Notes: a model not told the origin generated them from the letters alone. Shown: positions 48,542 to 58,182, numbered from the stretch's first letter. The stretch: 64,000 nucleotides of DNA from Betaproteobacteria bacterium (GCA_016713305.1 JADJPK010000008.1:296192-360191), one strand, 5' to 3'. Program-made: numbers and translations.

Positions 48542-49402
48542 ATGAAATCCGAAGCACGATCCGGCGGTCCGGACCACGAACCTGCCGCCCTCGGGCAGCC
48601 TGTCCATGGGACCGTGGACATGGAAACCCTGGGCTCCCTTCTGGAACTGCCCCTGCCGTTCGAAGGCGATCTGGCGGCCATCACGTTTTCCACCCGGGCC
48701 CTGCAGGAGGGTGAAGTTCTCATCCGGTCGGGGGACGAGTGCCGCAATCTCTACGTGGTGCGGTTCGGTTCCTTCAAGACGTGCGTCGCCGATGCGACCG
48801 GGACCACCCAGGGGACTGCCTTTCCCATGCGCGGCGACACCATCGGTGTGGACGGGCTGGCGAACGGCCGGCACAACTGCGTGACCACGGCGCTGGAGAG
48901 AAGCGACGTGGTCGTGCTGCCGGCGCGCAAGCTGACTTCGCTCGCGCTGGCGCATCCTGCGTTCGCCAATCTTCTGCACCGCCTCATGGGCCGGGAAATC
49001 GTGCGGGATCAGGCACTGATGTTCATGCTGGGCTCGCTCGCGGCGGAAGCGCGGGTGGCGGCCTTTCTCGTGGATCTGTCCGAGCGGTTCACCAAGCTGG
49101 GCTATTCGGGGCGCGTGTTCAATCTGAGGATGACCCGGCAGGACCTGGGACACTATCTTGGACTCAACATCGAGACCGTGAGCCGGGTGATGTCGCACCT
49201 CTCCCAGATGGGCCTCATCGCGGTGCGGCATCGGGAAGTGGAGATCGTCGACGAGACGACCCTGCGCCGCATGGTCGCCGACCCGTCCGTTCTGCATTCG
49301 CTTCGCGAGCGTTGTGGCAGGACCGGCCGCAATTGGGAGTCCCGTGTGCCGGCGCTCCAGCCGGAAAGCGATGTCCGGCCGAGAAATCTCGCGGTCCGCT
49401 GA
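48542..49402 (+). CDS. Crp/Fnr-family transcriptional regulator (FixK-like; no N-terminal Cys cluster)
   Basis: It has a cNMP-binding-like beta-roll (LQEGEVLIRSGDECRNLYVVRFGSFK) and a C-terminal HTH (MTRQDLGHYLGLNIETVSRVMSHLSQMGLI). ATG 48542 has AGGAG at 6-nt spacing; the tracked ORF starts at 48518. The C-terminal 35 aa or so are Arg-rich and may be a non-conserved extension. Confidence 0.8.
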   Translation: MKSEARSGGPDHEPAALGQPVHGTVDMETLGSLLELPLPFEGDLAAITFSTRALQEGEVLIRSGDECRNLYVVRFGSFKTCVADATGTTQGTAFPMRGDTIGVDGLANGRHNCVTTALERSDVVVLPARKLTSLALAHPAFANLLHRLMGREIVRDQALMFMLGSLAAEARVAAFLVDLSERFTKLGYSGRVFNLRMTRQDLGHYLGLNIETVSRVMSHLSQMGLIAVRHREVEIVDETTLRRMVADPSVLHSLRERCGRTGRNWESRVPALQPESDVRPRNLAVR

Positions 49403-49440
49403 TGCGCAGCCGTTCCGGTGGCCCTCGCGCAGGAGAGTGA

Positions 49441-50100
49441 ATGCCTTACGCTTCATGTGGTCAGATGCTGGAAGAGATTGCCGCGGATGCGCGGGCATGC
49501 GGACGTTCCACGGGACGTCCGTGGTTGCGGGAAAAGGTGATGGAGGCCATGGCCACCGTGCCGAGGGAGTCGTTCGTGCTGGAGAACGACCGGGACGTCG
49601 CCCATGTCAACGCACCCCTTCCCATCGGCCACGGGCAGACGATCTCCCAGCCGTTCATCGTGGCGCTCATGACCGACCTGTGCGAGTGCGAACCTGGTGA
49701 TACGGTCCTCGAGATCGGCACGGGTTCGGGATACCAGGCAGCGGTCCTTTCCCGGCTCGTCCGGCACGTGTACTCGGTCGAAGTGGTACCTGAACTGGCG
49801 AGCAAGGCCCGGACGGCGCTGATGCGCCAGGGGTTCGGCAATGTCTCCGTGCGTGAAGGCGATGGGCGCGAAGGCTGGCCGGAACACGGGCCGTACGATG
49901 CGATCCTGGTGACGGCCGCGGCGGAGGAACTGCCGCCGGCGCTGCTGGATCAGCTCCGCCCCGGCGGGAGACTCGTCTTTCCCCGGGGCGAGCCCGACGG
50001 TGCCCAGGAACTGGTCGTCGTCATCAAGCGCGCCGACGGAACCGCGACGTTCCAGACGGTCTTGCCGGTGCGGTTCGTGCCGCTGGTGGAACGCGAGTGA
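49441..50100 (+). CDS. pcm: Protein-L-isoaspartate O-methyltransferase
   Basis: 219 aa with AGGAGA upstream. VPRESFV, IGHGQTISQPFIVALMTDL, VLEIGTGSGYQAAVLS, VYSVEVVPELA and YDAILVTAAA are canonical Pcm motifs. Confidence 0.9.
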   Translation: MPYASCGQMLEEIAADARACGRSTGRPWLREKVMEAMATVPRESFVLENDRDVAHVNAPLPIGHGQTISQPFIVALMTDLCECEPGDTVLEIGTGSGYQAAVLSRLVRHVYSVEVVPELASKARTALMRQGFGNVSVREGDGREGWPEHGPYDAILVTAAAEELPPALLDQLRPGGRLVFPRGEPDGAQELVVVIKRADGTATFQTVLPVRFVPLVERE

Positions 50101-50266
50101 CTTCGCGGCTGCACTGATCCCCGAATCGTTCGGCGAGCCCGGGGACCGATCCGTCCACGCTCTCCTGTGGCGTTGCCGTCCCGTTGTACAGCCGCCTGCG
50201 GCCCTTGGCGGCCGGCAGCCGATCGCGTAGCATCCGGCAGTTTTCTCACGCTGCTGAAAGTGCCTC

Positions 50267-50518
50267 ATGTCCCGCCGCGACGCCGTCCGATCCCATTTCG
50301 CCGCCGATATCGGAGACTGGAAGAAAGATCAGGACATCGTCGGTGTGCGCATCCTCACTTCGGGCGGTGCCTGCGGCAACTGCGCGTCGTTGCTGGGAGC
50401 CTATCGTCTGGACGATGCCCCTGAGTTTCCGCCGCTGGCCTGCGAGGACGACTATGGCTGCTCGAGCTGGTGGGAACCGGTGAACTCCGGCGAGATGCCC
50501 GAAGACGGTTGGCGGTGA
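50267..50518 (+). CDS. Small Cys-containing hypothetical protein
   Basis: 83 aa with protein-like composition and high GC3. It contains CGNC plus two further Cys (LACEDDYGC). No family recognised. Confidence 0.4.
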   Translation: MSRRDAVRSHFAADIGDWKKDQDIVGVRILTSGGACGNCASLLGAYRLDDAPEFPPLACEDDYGCSSWWEPVNSGEMPEDGWR

Positions 50519-50569
50519 CGTCGGACCGCTGAACCCGGATACCGCGTTACGGAAAGGGGCTGTCGCGAT

Positions 50570-53500
50570 TCAGGCGAGGCGCCGCGCCGGAAGCATTTCC
50601 TGTGGCGCATGAATGTCGCACGGTTCCAGGGGCAGCGTCACGGTGAACATCGCTCCCCGCTGGGGCGCGTGGTTCGCCTCGATGTGTCCACCATGCGCCT
50701 GCACGATCTCCCGCGAGATGGCGAGTCCCAGGCCGGTGCCCCCGGCGCCGCTGCGTGTCTTGCTGCTCTGGACGAACTTGTCGAAGATCAGTTCGAGCTC
50801 GCTGTCCGGTATTCCCACGCCGCGATCCACCACCTGAAGCTGCAGGCCGTCCGTGGCACTGCCGTCGGGGCAGCAGCTTCGATGCGGCATGCGGATGCGG
50901 CTCAGCCGCACGGCAATCGGCTCGTTGTCCGGCGAGAACTTGAGTGCATTGGACAGCAGATTGCGGATTACCTGTTCGATGCGTAACCGGTCCATGCAGA
51001 CGGCGGCAGTCTCCGGCGGCACCTGCACATCGAACCGGATACCGCGTTGCACCGCCATGGCGTCCAGCTCGCTCACCCCCGCCCGCACGGCCGACGCAAG
51101 GTCGAACCGGCTCATCTCGTAGTGCATGCGCCCGGCTTCCATCTTCGAGAGATCGAGCAGGTCATTGACGAGATGCAGCAGGCGTCTTCCGCTCTGTTCG
51201 ATCTTGGAGAAGTAGGTGGCGAGCTTGTCCACGGGCGTCCGCGGGTCCTTCGCGCGCGAAAGACCCAGGTTGGAGAAGGACAGCATCGCGTGCATCGGCG
51301 TGCGAAGCTCGTGCGACATGTTGGCAAGGAATTCCGACTTTGCCTGGTTGGCCCGTTCGGCAGCCTCCTTGGAACGCAGCAGTTCCTGGGTCCGTTCGGC
51401 AACGAGTTCCTGGAGCTGCTCGTGATGGCGCCGCAGTTCGCCCTCCACGGCCTTCTGCGCCGAGATGTCCTGTACGGCACCGTAGATTCTCACAGGCCGA
51501 CCGTTTCGCACGTCCGCCTGACCGACCACACGCACCCAGACGCGTTTTCCGTGGGCAGTGATGAGCTGCGCGACGAAGTCATAGGGCGCCCCGGATTCGA
51601 TGCCCCGTTCCACGTTCTGGCGGACAAGCTCGCGGTACTCTGGCGCGAAGAAATCGATGGCTGCGACCAGGTCAGGTGCGCAGGTCGAGGGGTCGACCTC
51701 GTGAATGCGGTAGACCTCTGCGGTCCAATACACTCGTTTGCTGGGAAGTTCCACCTCCCAGCCGCCCACATGTGCCATGGATTCGGTCTGGCGGGAGATG
51801 TCGCGCTGACGCACGGTTTCCGTCTGATCGTGGAGGATGGCCGCGTACATGGTGCTCTGGCCGAGGGAGAAGCGGCTGACGGAGATCTCGATGGAGAGCG
51901 GTCCGCCGTCGCGCCGCACGCCTTCGACATTCCGGCTCACGCCCAGGACGCGGTCGATCTCCGCCGGCGTGCCGTGGAGAATGTGCTTCTCGTGGGTTTC
52001 CCGAAGCGCGGCGGGCAGGAGAACGCTCAGGTTCTGGCCGACGAGCGTGCCGGGATCGTGGCCGAACATGTTGTGCAGGGCGGCATTGGCGGATTGAATG
52101 CGTCCCGCCTCGTTCACGACCACGATGCCTTCGCTCGCCGACGACACGACGGCGGACCACCGGGCCTCGCTCTCCTTCAGCCGTGCGTCCGCGGCCTTCA
52201 CCTCGGTGATGTCGCGCACCACGCCCACGACGTAGCGCGAACCGTCCGGCGCCACGAGGAGGCTCTTGGTCTTCTCGAACCAGCCCGACCGTCCGTCGCG
52301 CAGGGTGATGAACTGCTCTGCGACCACCGGATCCCCCGTGGCGAGAATGGAGTCGTCCTCCTTCCATGCCGTGCGGGCCTCGGCCGTGCCCATGAAGTCG
52401 GGGTCGGACCGGCCGACCAGTTCGCCGGGCGATGAGCCCATCTGCCGGCTGAAGGCGCCGTTCACCAGGATCCAGCGGTGATGCTCGTCCTTGACGAACA
52501 CGCCGTGGTAGACGGCCTCGACGATCGAGGACAGGAATGTCTTGGCACGGGTGGCCTCCATCTCCGCTGCCCGGCGATCCGTGATGTCGTGAGTGCACAC
52601 GAGAATGCCGCGACGTCCGTCCGGCAGCGGCACCGAAACCTTGCGCTTGATGACCCATCGCTGGCGTCCCGCGGCCGTGACGAAGGGTTCTTCGTACGAC
52701 GTGACGCCGGACGCTGCCGCCGAGTCCTCGTCCTGCTGCTGCCACAGCGCGACCTGCTCCCCGGAGAAGATCTCGGCGTCGGTCTTGCCCAGGAAGTACG
52801 AGGGCGGCTTGCCGTGCAGGTGCTCGACTTCCGCATTGACCAGGACGATGCGGCCGTCGGAGTCCTTCAGCGTCACGAGAACCGGCACGGCCTGGATCAC
52901 CGTGTCGAGGAGTTTACGGCTCGCTTCCAGTTCCGCACTCCGCTTTTCCAGCTCGGCAGTCATTTCCTGCGCCAGCGCTTCTGCGTGCTGACGCGTGCGG
53001 GTGGCCATCAGCACCAGCCCCGCAAGCAGGAGGCTCGCTCCTGTCCCGAGGGCCGGCACCAGCCAGGGCGCGCTGGTCAGGCTCGAGGCGTCGGGGCGGG
53101 CGATGAAGTCGAACAGGAGCTGGCGGCCGCCTACCACCACCCTCCGCGTGATCGTGCGAGCGTCCGGCTTCGATCCATGTGCGCCGGCTCCGTTCGCGGC
53201 GGTCGAAAACAGGAAGTTCGCGGACAACCGGTCCTTGCCGTCGAAGACCGCCACATCGAACCGGTCGAGGTTCGGGTCCGCCAGTTGCGAGAAGAGCTCG
53301 GACGCGAAGTAGGCCGTGTAGACGTAACCGAAGATCCGGGAGCGCCGTTCCTCCACCGTGGCCGGGGCGCCTCGCCCCGATAGATCGGCGCCGTGAGGAT
53401 GAATCCGGGCTGCTCGCCGGCTTCGTCCTGAAGAAGCGTCACGCGGCCCGTGAGCGTCGTGACGCCCGTGTCCCGGGCCCGGTACAGCGCTTCCTTGCGC

Positions 53501-54018
53501 GCGGCTTCGGAGGCCATGTCGAACCCCAGTACCCGGACATTGAGCCCTTGGTAGGGCTCGACGAAGACGATGGGGGTCGCCTCGGGATGCGCCGTCTGCC
53601 GGGTGAAGCTGCGAACATGGTAGTGCGGAAAGCCCTCGCGGCGGATCTGTGCCTCGTGCTGCGGCAATTCGCTCAGGGGAACGCTCAGCGCGAACCCGAG
53701 CGCCAGAAGGCCGGGATGCTGGTGGGGAAGGTCGAGCTTCTCCACGTACCGGTGCCACTGCTGCCGGTCGACCTTGCCGCTCACCGTGAACAGGCCGATG
53801 CCGCCCCGCAGCAGATGCTCGTGTGCCCGGAGGCGCTCCGACACTTTCAGCACGAAGGCATCCGCCCGGTGTTCGAGGGCTGCGAGCGCGGTGGCGTCGT
53901 GGTCCGACTGGAGCTTCAGCCAGAAGGCCATGCCGACGGATACGGTCGTCGCAAGCACGAACGCGGGCAGCCACGCCATGCGCAGGACACTGCGTATTCC
54001 CTGGTACCGCGAGCTCAT
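50570..54018 (-). pseudogene. CHASE-domain / multi-PAS sensor histidine kinase, frameshifted as sequenced
   Basis: ATG 54018 gives [34 protein letters not shown] (TM helix), then a CHASE-like periplasmic domain (...[11 protein letters not shown]...[23 protein letters not shown]...[14 protein letters not shown]) in the frame of ORF 53131..54174. It continues ([24 protein letters not shown]..., second TM, about four PAS domains, His[13 protein letters not shown], HATPase [19 protein letters not shown]) in ORF 50570..54214. The switch is at the G4 run 53364-53367; one extra base would give ...GEAPPATVEE... and 1,149 aa. No receiver domain is present. Confidence 0.85.
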
Positions 54019-54355
54019 GGGCCCTCGTGTCAGTTGTCGCGGCCGCCGTTGCCGGTGTGGCAGGCGTCCTGCCGGATCTCGTGGATATCGGCATCCGGAA
54101 TGTCCGCTTGAGTGCGCGGACATCCTTGTGGACCTTGCGGAAAGCACCGTTACAGAGCGGATTCTGCACTTCATGCCACCGTCCTGTGCAGGGGTTCAGC
54201 GCGATTTGTCGCACCTGCGCGCGGAAATCGAGGAAATGAAAGCCAAAAGAGATTCACGCCGCTCTCGGGGATTCTGGCACCGCCATTGCGGTCTGCCGGC
54301 GCTAGTGCCCATCCGGGCGCGATCCCGCAAGAAAACGACGAAAGGAGAGCAGACG

Positions 54356-55846
54356 ATGAACGAGAACGAAGCCCAAGGTGCTTCGCACCCGCACGGCCCG
54401 GGTTGCGGTTGCCATCCGCAGGATGCGGCGCTCCCGCCGGAAGCCGCGAAGACGCTGGCGGCGGAGATGCCGCGCCCGGAACCGGCAAGGCGCGGGTTCC
54501 TGCGCGGAGGACTGCTGGCTGGCGCGACTGCGGCGCTGGGCGGTCTGGGCGCGCCGTCACTCGCCCGTGCCGATACCGGCATGAAGCGCAGCACCATCAA
54601 TCATTACCACGTGCCCGCGTCGGCCGAGACGGTGCACTGGGGCTATTTCAGCAAGCACCTGAAGCCCCTGGTGGAAGTGGAATCGGGGGACTTCGTGACC
54701 ATCGAGACCCTGACCCACCACGCCAACGACGATTTCGAGCGGATGATCAAGGGAGATTCCGGCGCAGAAAGCGTCTACTACTGGGACAAGCAGCGCAAAG
54801 GGGTGAATCGCCGTGGGGCCGGGCCGGAGGACGCTTCCCTGTTCGGCCGGGGGGCGGGCGAAGGTCTGGGCGTGCACATCTGCACCGGTCCCGTGGCCGT
54901 GAAGGGGGCGGAACCGGGCGACATCCTCGAGGTCAGGATCCTCGACGTGTCGCCGCGGCCCAGCGCGAATCCGCTCTACCGGGGCAAGACGTTCGGCAGC
55001 AACGCCGCTGCCTGGTGGGGCTTTCACTACAAGGACCAGATCGAGGAACCCAAGGGCAGGGAGGTCATCACCATCTACGAGGTGGATGCCACGGGCGAGC
55101 GCAACTGGGCCAAGGCGCTCTACAACTTCCAGTGGACGCCGCAGACGGATCCCTTCGGTGTCGTCCACAAGATCATCGACTACCCCGGGGTTCCGGTGGA
55201 TCACGCGACCGTCAAGGAGAACTGGGGGATCCTCAAGAACGTGCGGGTGCCGGTACGTCCGCACTTCGGCGTGATGGGACTCGCCCCGGCCGAAGCCGAC
55301 ATCGTCGATTCCATTCCGCCCAGCTACACCGGCGGCAACATGGACGACTGGCGGGTGGGCAAGGGCGCCACGCTGTACTACCCCGTGGCCGTGGCCGGTG
55401 CACTGCTCTCGGTGGGCGATCCGCACGCGTCGCAGGGCGATTCCGAACTGTGCGGCACCGCGATCGAGTGCTCGCTGACGGGCACGTTCCAGGTGATTCT
55501 GCACAAGAAGGATTCCCTGGCAGGCACGCCCCTGGAGAATCTGAACTACCCGCTGCTGGAGACGCAGGAAGAGTTCGTCGTGCACGGCTTCAGCTATCCC
55601 AACTATCTGGCCGATCTGGGAGAGAAGGCGCAGTCGGAGATCTACTCGAAATCGTCCACGGACCTCGCGCTGCGCGACGCGTTCCGCAAGATGCGTCACT
55701 TCCTGATGACGACGCAGGGGTTGTCCGAGGACGAGGCCGTGTCGCTGATGTCGATCGCGGTGGACTTCGGCGTGACCCAGGTCGTGGATGGGAACTGGGG
55801 CATGCATGCCATCGTGAAGAAGAGCCTGTTCAGCGCGGGCGAGTGA
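54356..55846 (+). CDS. Acetamidase/formamidase-family amidohydrolase with long Tat signal region
   Basis: ATG 54356 has AAAGGAGAG upstream. The N-terminus is MNENEAQGASHPHGPGCGCHPQD...ARRGFLRGGLLAGATAALGGLGAPSLARA-DTG. The core motifs HWGYFS, DFVTIETLTHH, TGPVAVKGAEPGDILEV, GGNMDDWRVGKGATLYYPV and VGDPHASQGDSELCGTAIE are typical of the FmdA/AmdA family. Confidence 0.85.
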   Translation: MNENEAQGASHPHGPGCGCHPQDAALPPEAAKTLAAEMPRPEPARRGFLRGGLLAGATAALGGLGAPSLARADTGMKRSTINHYHVPASAETVHWGYFSKHLKPLVEVESGDFVTIETLTHHANDDFERMIKGDSGAESVYYWDKQRKGVNRRGAGPEDASLFGRGAGEGLGVHICTGPVAVKGAEPGDILEVRILDVSPRPSANPLYRGKTFGSNAAAWWGFHYKDQIEEPKGREVITIYEVDATGERNWAKALYNFQWTPQTDPFGVVHKIIDYPGVPVDHATVKENWGILKNVRVPVRPHFGVMGLAPAEADIVDSIPPSYTGGNMDDWRVGKGATLYYPVAVAGALLSVGDPHASQGDSELCGTAIECSLTGTFQVILHKKDSLAGTPLENLNYPLLETQEEFVVHGFSYPNYLADLGEKAQSEIYSKSSTDLALRDAFRKMRHFLMTTQGLSEDEAVSLMSIAVDFGVTQVVDGNWGMHAIVKKSLFSAGE

Positions 55847-55851
55847 CCGGA

Positions 55852-55880
55852 GGAACGGCCGCCCGCGGGGCGGCCGTTCC
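55852..55880 (+). terminator. 13-bp GC hairpin after the formamidase-family gene
   Basis: ggaacggccgccc-gcg-gggcggccgttcc starts 6 nt after the stop at 55846. There is no T-tract. Confidence 0.5.
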
Positions 55881-56136
55881 GGCAAGGCACCGCTGCCGTG
55901 TCCCAAGTCGCACTGCGCCGCTGGCGCGCCCGGGCGCTTGCCGGATTTGCCAGTGCGGATGGTGTCGGGCAGCGATCGAGTCACCCCAAGCCGGGAGCCG
56001 GCGGGATGAGAAAGCGCGTCGCTTGCATCCGAATCCTGCGGCCCGGCGTGCGCACGCTCGCCGGATCTTCCCTAGAATGCCCCGCAGAACGCACGCGAGG
56101 GGTCGTGCGCATTCGACATCTACGGAGGAGTGAAAG

Positions 56137-57114
56137 ATGGATTACAGGCTGCTGGGCCGCACGGGCGTGCGCGTGTCGCAATTGTGCTTCGGCACCATGT
56201 CGTTCGGGGGCGATGCCGACGAGGCGGCGTCGGCGGAAATGTACCGTGCGTGCCGGGACGCAGGCATCAACTTCTACGACACGGCCGACCAGTACAGCAA
56301 GGGACGCTCCGAGGAAATTCTCGGCGCGCTGATGAAGGGGCATCGCGACGATCTCGTTGTCGCGACCAAGTGCTTCAACCCGACCGGCGAGGACCGGAAC
56401 GCGCGCGGAGGATCCCGCCGCCACATCAGCAGGGCCGTGGAGGCAAGCTTGAAGCGCCTGGGCACGGACCGCGTCGAGATCCTGTTCCTTCACCTGACGG
56501 ATCCGGACACGCCCATCGAGGAGTCCCTGCGTGCGATGGAGGATCTGGTGCGCGCGGGCAAGGTGCTCTATCCCGCGCTCAGCAACCATTCGGCGTGGAT
56601 GACGCAGCGCGCGCTGGACGTGCAGGAGCGGTGGGGCTGGTCCCGCCTGCAGGTGATCGAGCCGATGTACAACCTGGTCAAGCGCCAGGCGGAGGTCGAG
56701 ATCCTGCCCATGGCGCAGGCGAACGGGCTGGCCGTCATCCCCTACAGCCCCGTAGGAGGCGGACTGCTGTCGGGCAAGTACGCGGCGGGGAACGCGCAGG
56801 GCCGCATTGCGACGAACAAGATGTACACGCAACGGTACGCGGAACCCTGGATGCACGATGTGGCGGCGCAATTCGCCGCGTTCTGCAAGGAGCGCGGATA
56901 CGATCCGGTGAGTCTAGCGGTGGCCTGGGTCGGCGCGCATCCCGCCGTGACCGCGCCGATCATCGGCGCGCGCAATGTGGGCCAGCTTCAGGCGTCCCTG
57001 GATTCGGTGAAGATCGCCATGACGCCGGAGCTTCACGCAGAGATCGCCGCGCTCTCACGCACCCCGCCTCCGGCCACCGACAGGTCGGAGGAGATCAAGC
57101 CGGCGGGCAAGTGA
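56137..57114 (+). CDS. Aldo/keto reductase
   Basis: 325 aa. MDYRLLGRTGVRVSQLCFGTMSFG, INFYDTADQYSKGRSEEILG, VVATKC, SLKRLGTDRVEILFLH and VIPYSPVGGGLLSGKY are standard AKR motifs. Confidence 0.9.
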   Translation: MDYRLLGRTGVRVSQLCFGTMSFGGDADEAASAEMYRACRDAGINFYDTADQYSKGRSEEILGALMKGHRDDLVVATKCFNPTGEDRNARGGSRRHISRAVEASLKRLGTDRVEILFLHLTDPDTPIEESLRAMEDLVRAGKVLYPALSNHSAWMTQRALDVQERWGWSRLQVIEPMYNLVKRQAEVEILPMAQANGLAVIPYSPVGGGLLSGKYAAGNAQGRIATNKMYTQRYAEPWMHDVAAQFAAFCKERGYDPVSLAVAWVGAHPAVTAPIIGARNVGQLQASLDSVKIAMTPELHAEIAALSRTPPPATDRSEEIKPAGK

Positions 57115-57118
57115 GTCG

Positions 57119-57161
57119 GCGTCTGGCGCGCCGGTGTGGGGTAGCCCGGCGCGCCAGACGC
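57119..57161. terminator. 16-bp perfect hairpin between convergent genes
   Basis: gcgtctggcgcgccgg-(11 nt)-ccggcgcgccagacgc lies between the AKR stop (57114) and the dioxygenase stop (57282). Confidence 0.55.
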
Positions 57162-57281
57162 GGATCAAAGGGGTCGAGTGGCGGCGCACCTGTCGGTCCG
57201 GTCCGCCGCCCGACGAACTGCGGGTGAGGGAATCGACGACACGTCCGGACGCGCCGAGTGGTCGGGCACTCCCCGTCGACT

Positions 57282-57951
57282 TCAACCCTGGATGAGCACG
57301 ATGTTCCAGACCACCAGCTGCGAATCGGGCTCATCTTCCTTCGTCGGCGGAAGCACTCTGGCGATGAGGCTCTCCTTGGCCCACGACTGCTGCAGGAGCG
57401 GATCGCGTTCGTTCAGCGGTTCTCCGGGGAAATACATCTGGGTGACGAGACGGTTGTAACGGCCGGTCACGTCGAAGTGGATGTGCGGGGGGCGGGAATA
57501 TCCGGGGACCACCGGGTACGCGCCGGGTTTCACGGTCTTGAATCGGAAGCGACCCTCGTTGTCTGTTACTACGGTCGCATAGCCGTCGAAGTTCGGATCG
57601 ATCGGCGCGGTGTTCCGGTCGTGGGGATGGGTGTACTTGCCGGCAGCGTTGGCTTGCCAGATCTCCAGACGCACGCCGGGTGCAGGCTCTCCGCGCACGC
57701 TGAGCACGCGACCCATCACGTGAATCACCGGCCCCAGCGCCATGCCCGGACGTCCGGCAAGGCGGGTGAGATCCGCGTGTCCATCGGTGGGTTTGCGGAC
57801 GGGATAGAACGGCCCGAGGATCTGGTCCGGCGTGGGCATGGGCCCTGCGGGGTCGAAGCCAGGCGCTTCCTCCGCTGCCAGTGCCGCCATGGGACTTGCG
57901 ATCGCCGCGGCCCAGCGCGAGCGTCGCGCCCAGGAGGCGACGCCGGTCCAT
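57282..57951 (-). CDS. Intradiol ring-cleavage dioxygenase-family protein; probable Tat signal peptide separated by a 1-nt frame error
   Basis: The core ILGPFYP...GRVLSVRGEPAPGVRLEIWQANAAGKYTHPHD...GRFRFKTVKPGAYPV...RPPHIHFDV matches the intradiol dioxygenase (PcaH-like) fold. The uninterrupted frame starts at ATG 57890 at the earliest (202 aa). In the +1 frame, ATG 57951 encodes MDRRRLLGATLALG. Removing one base of the C3 run at 57911-57913 joins them as MDRRRLLGATLALAAAIASPMAALA-AEEAP, a textbook Tat signal. Confidence 0.8.
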
Positions 57952-58133
57952 GAAGTGCTCGGGAGCCGTGGGCAGGGCACCTGCGGCAGAGGTGGGAACG
58001 AGAATGCGTGAACCAGTACGATCCATGGCGTGTTTCCTCCCTTGTGTAGTAGTGTGACCGTGCCCCGGCGACCGGCGGCAGGATCCATCCGGAGAATACG
58101 CGATGAGCGGCAGGGAATGATTCCGTAGACGAA

Positions 58134-58182
58134 AGGCAAGAGACAAGAGGCAAAAGGCAAAAGGCAAAAGGCAAAAGGCAAG
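58134..58182. repeat. Heptanucleotide microsatellite (AGGCAAR) x7
   Basis: aggcaag agacaag aggcaaa aggcaaa aggcaaa aggcaaa aggcaag. It abuts and overlaps the terminator hairpin at 58177-58213. Confidence 0.9.

Noticed and set aside
46447-48714. 755-aa plus-strand ORF overlapping the fixJ/fixL-like genes
   Set aside because: It is antisense to a kinase with clear PAS/HisKA/HATPase motifs, and its composition is Arg/Pro/His-rich.
57725-58174. ORF encoding MPFAFCLLPLVSCLS... over the AGGCAAR array
   Set aside because: It is generated by the microsatellite and terminator hairpin, and there is no coding signal beyond the repeat.
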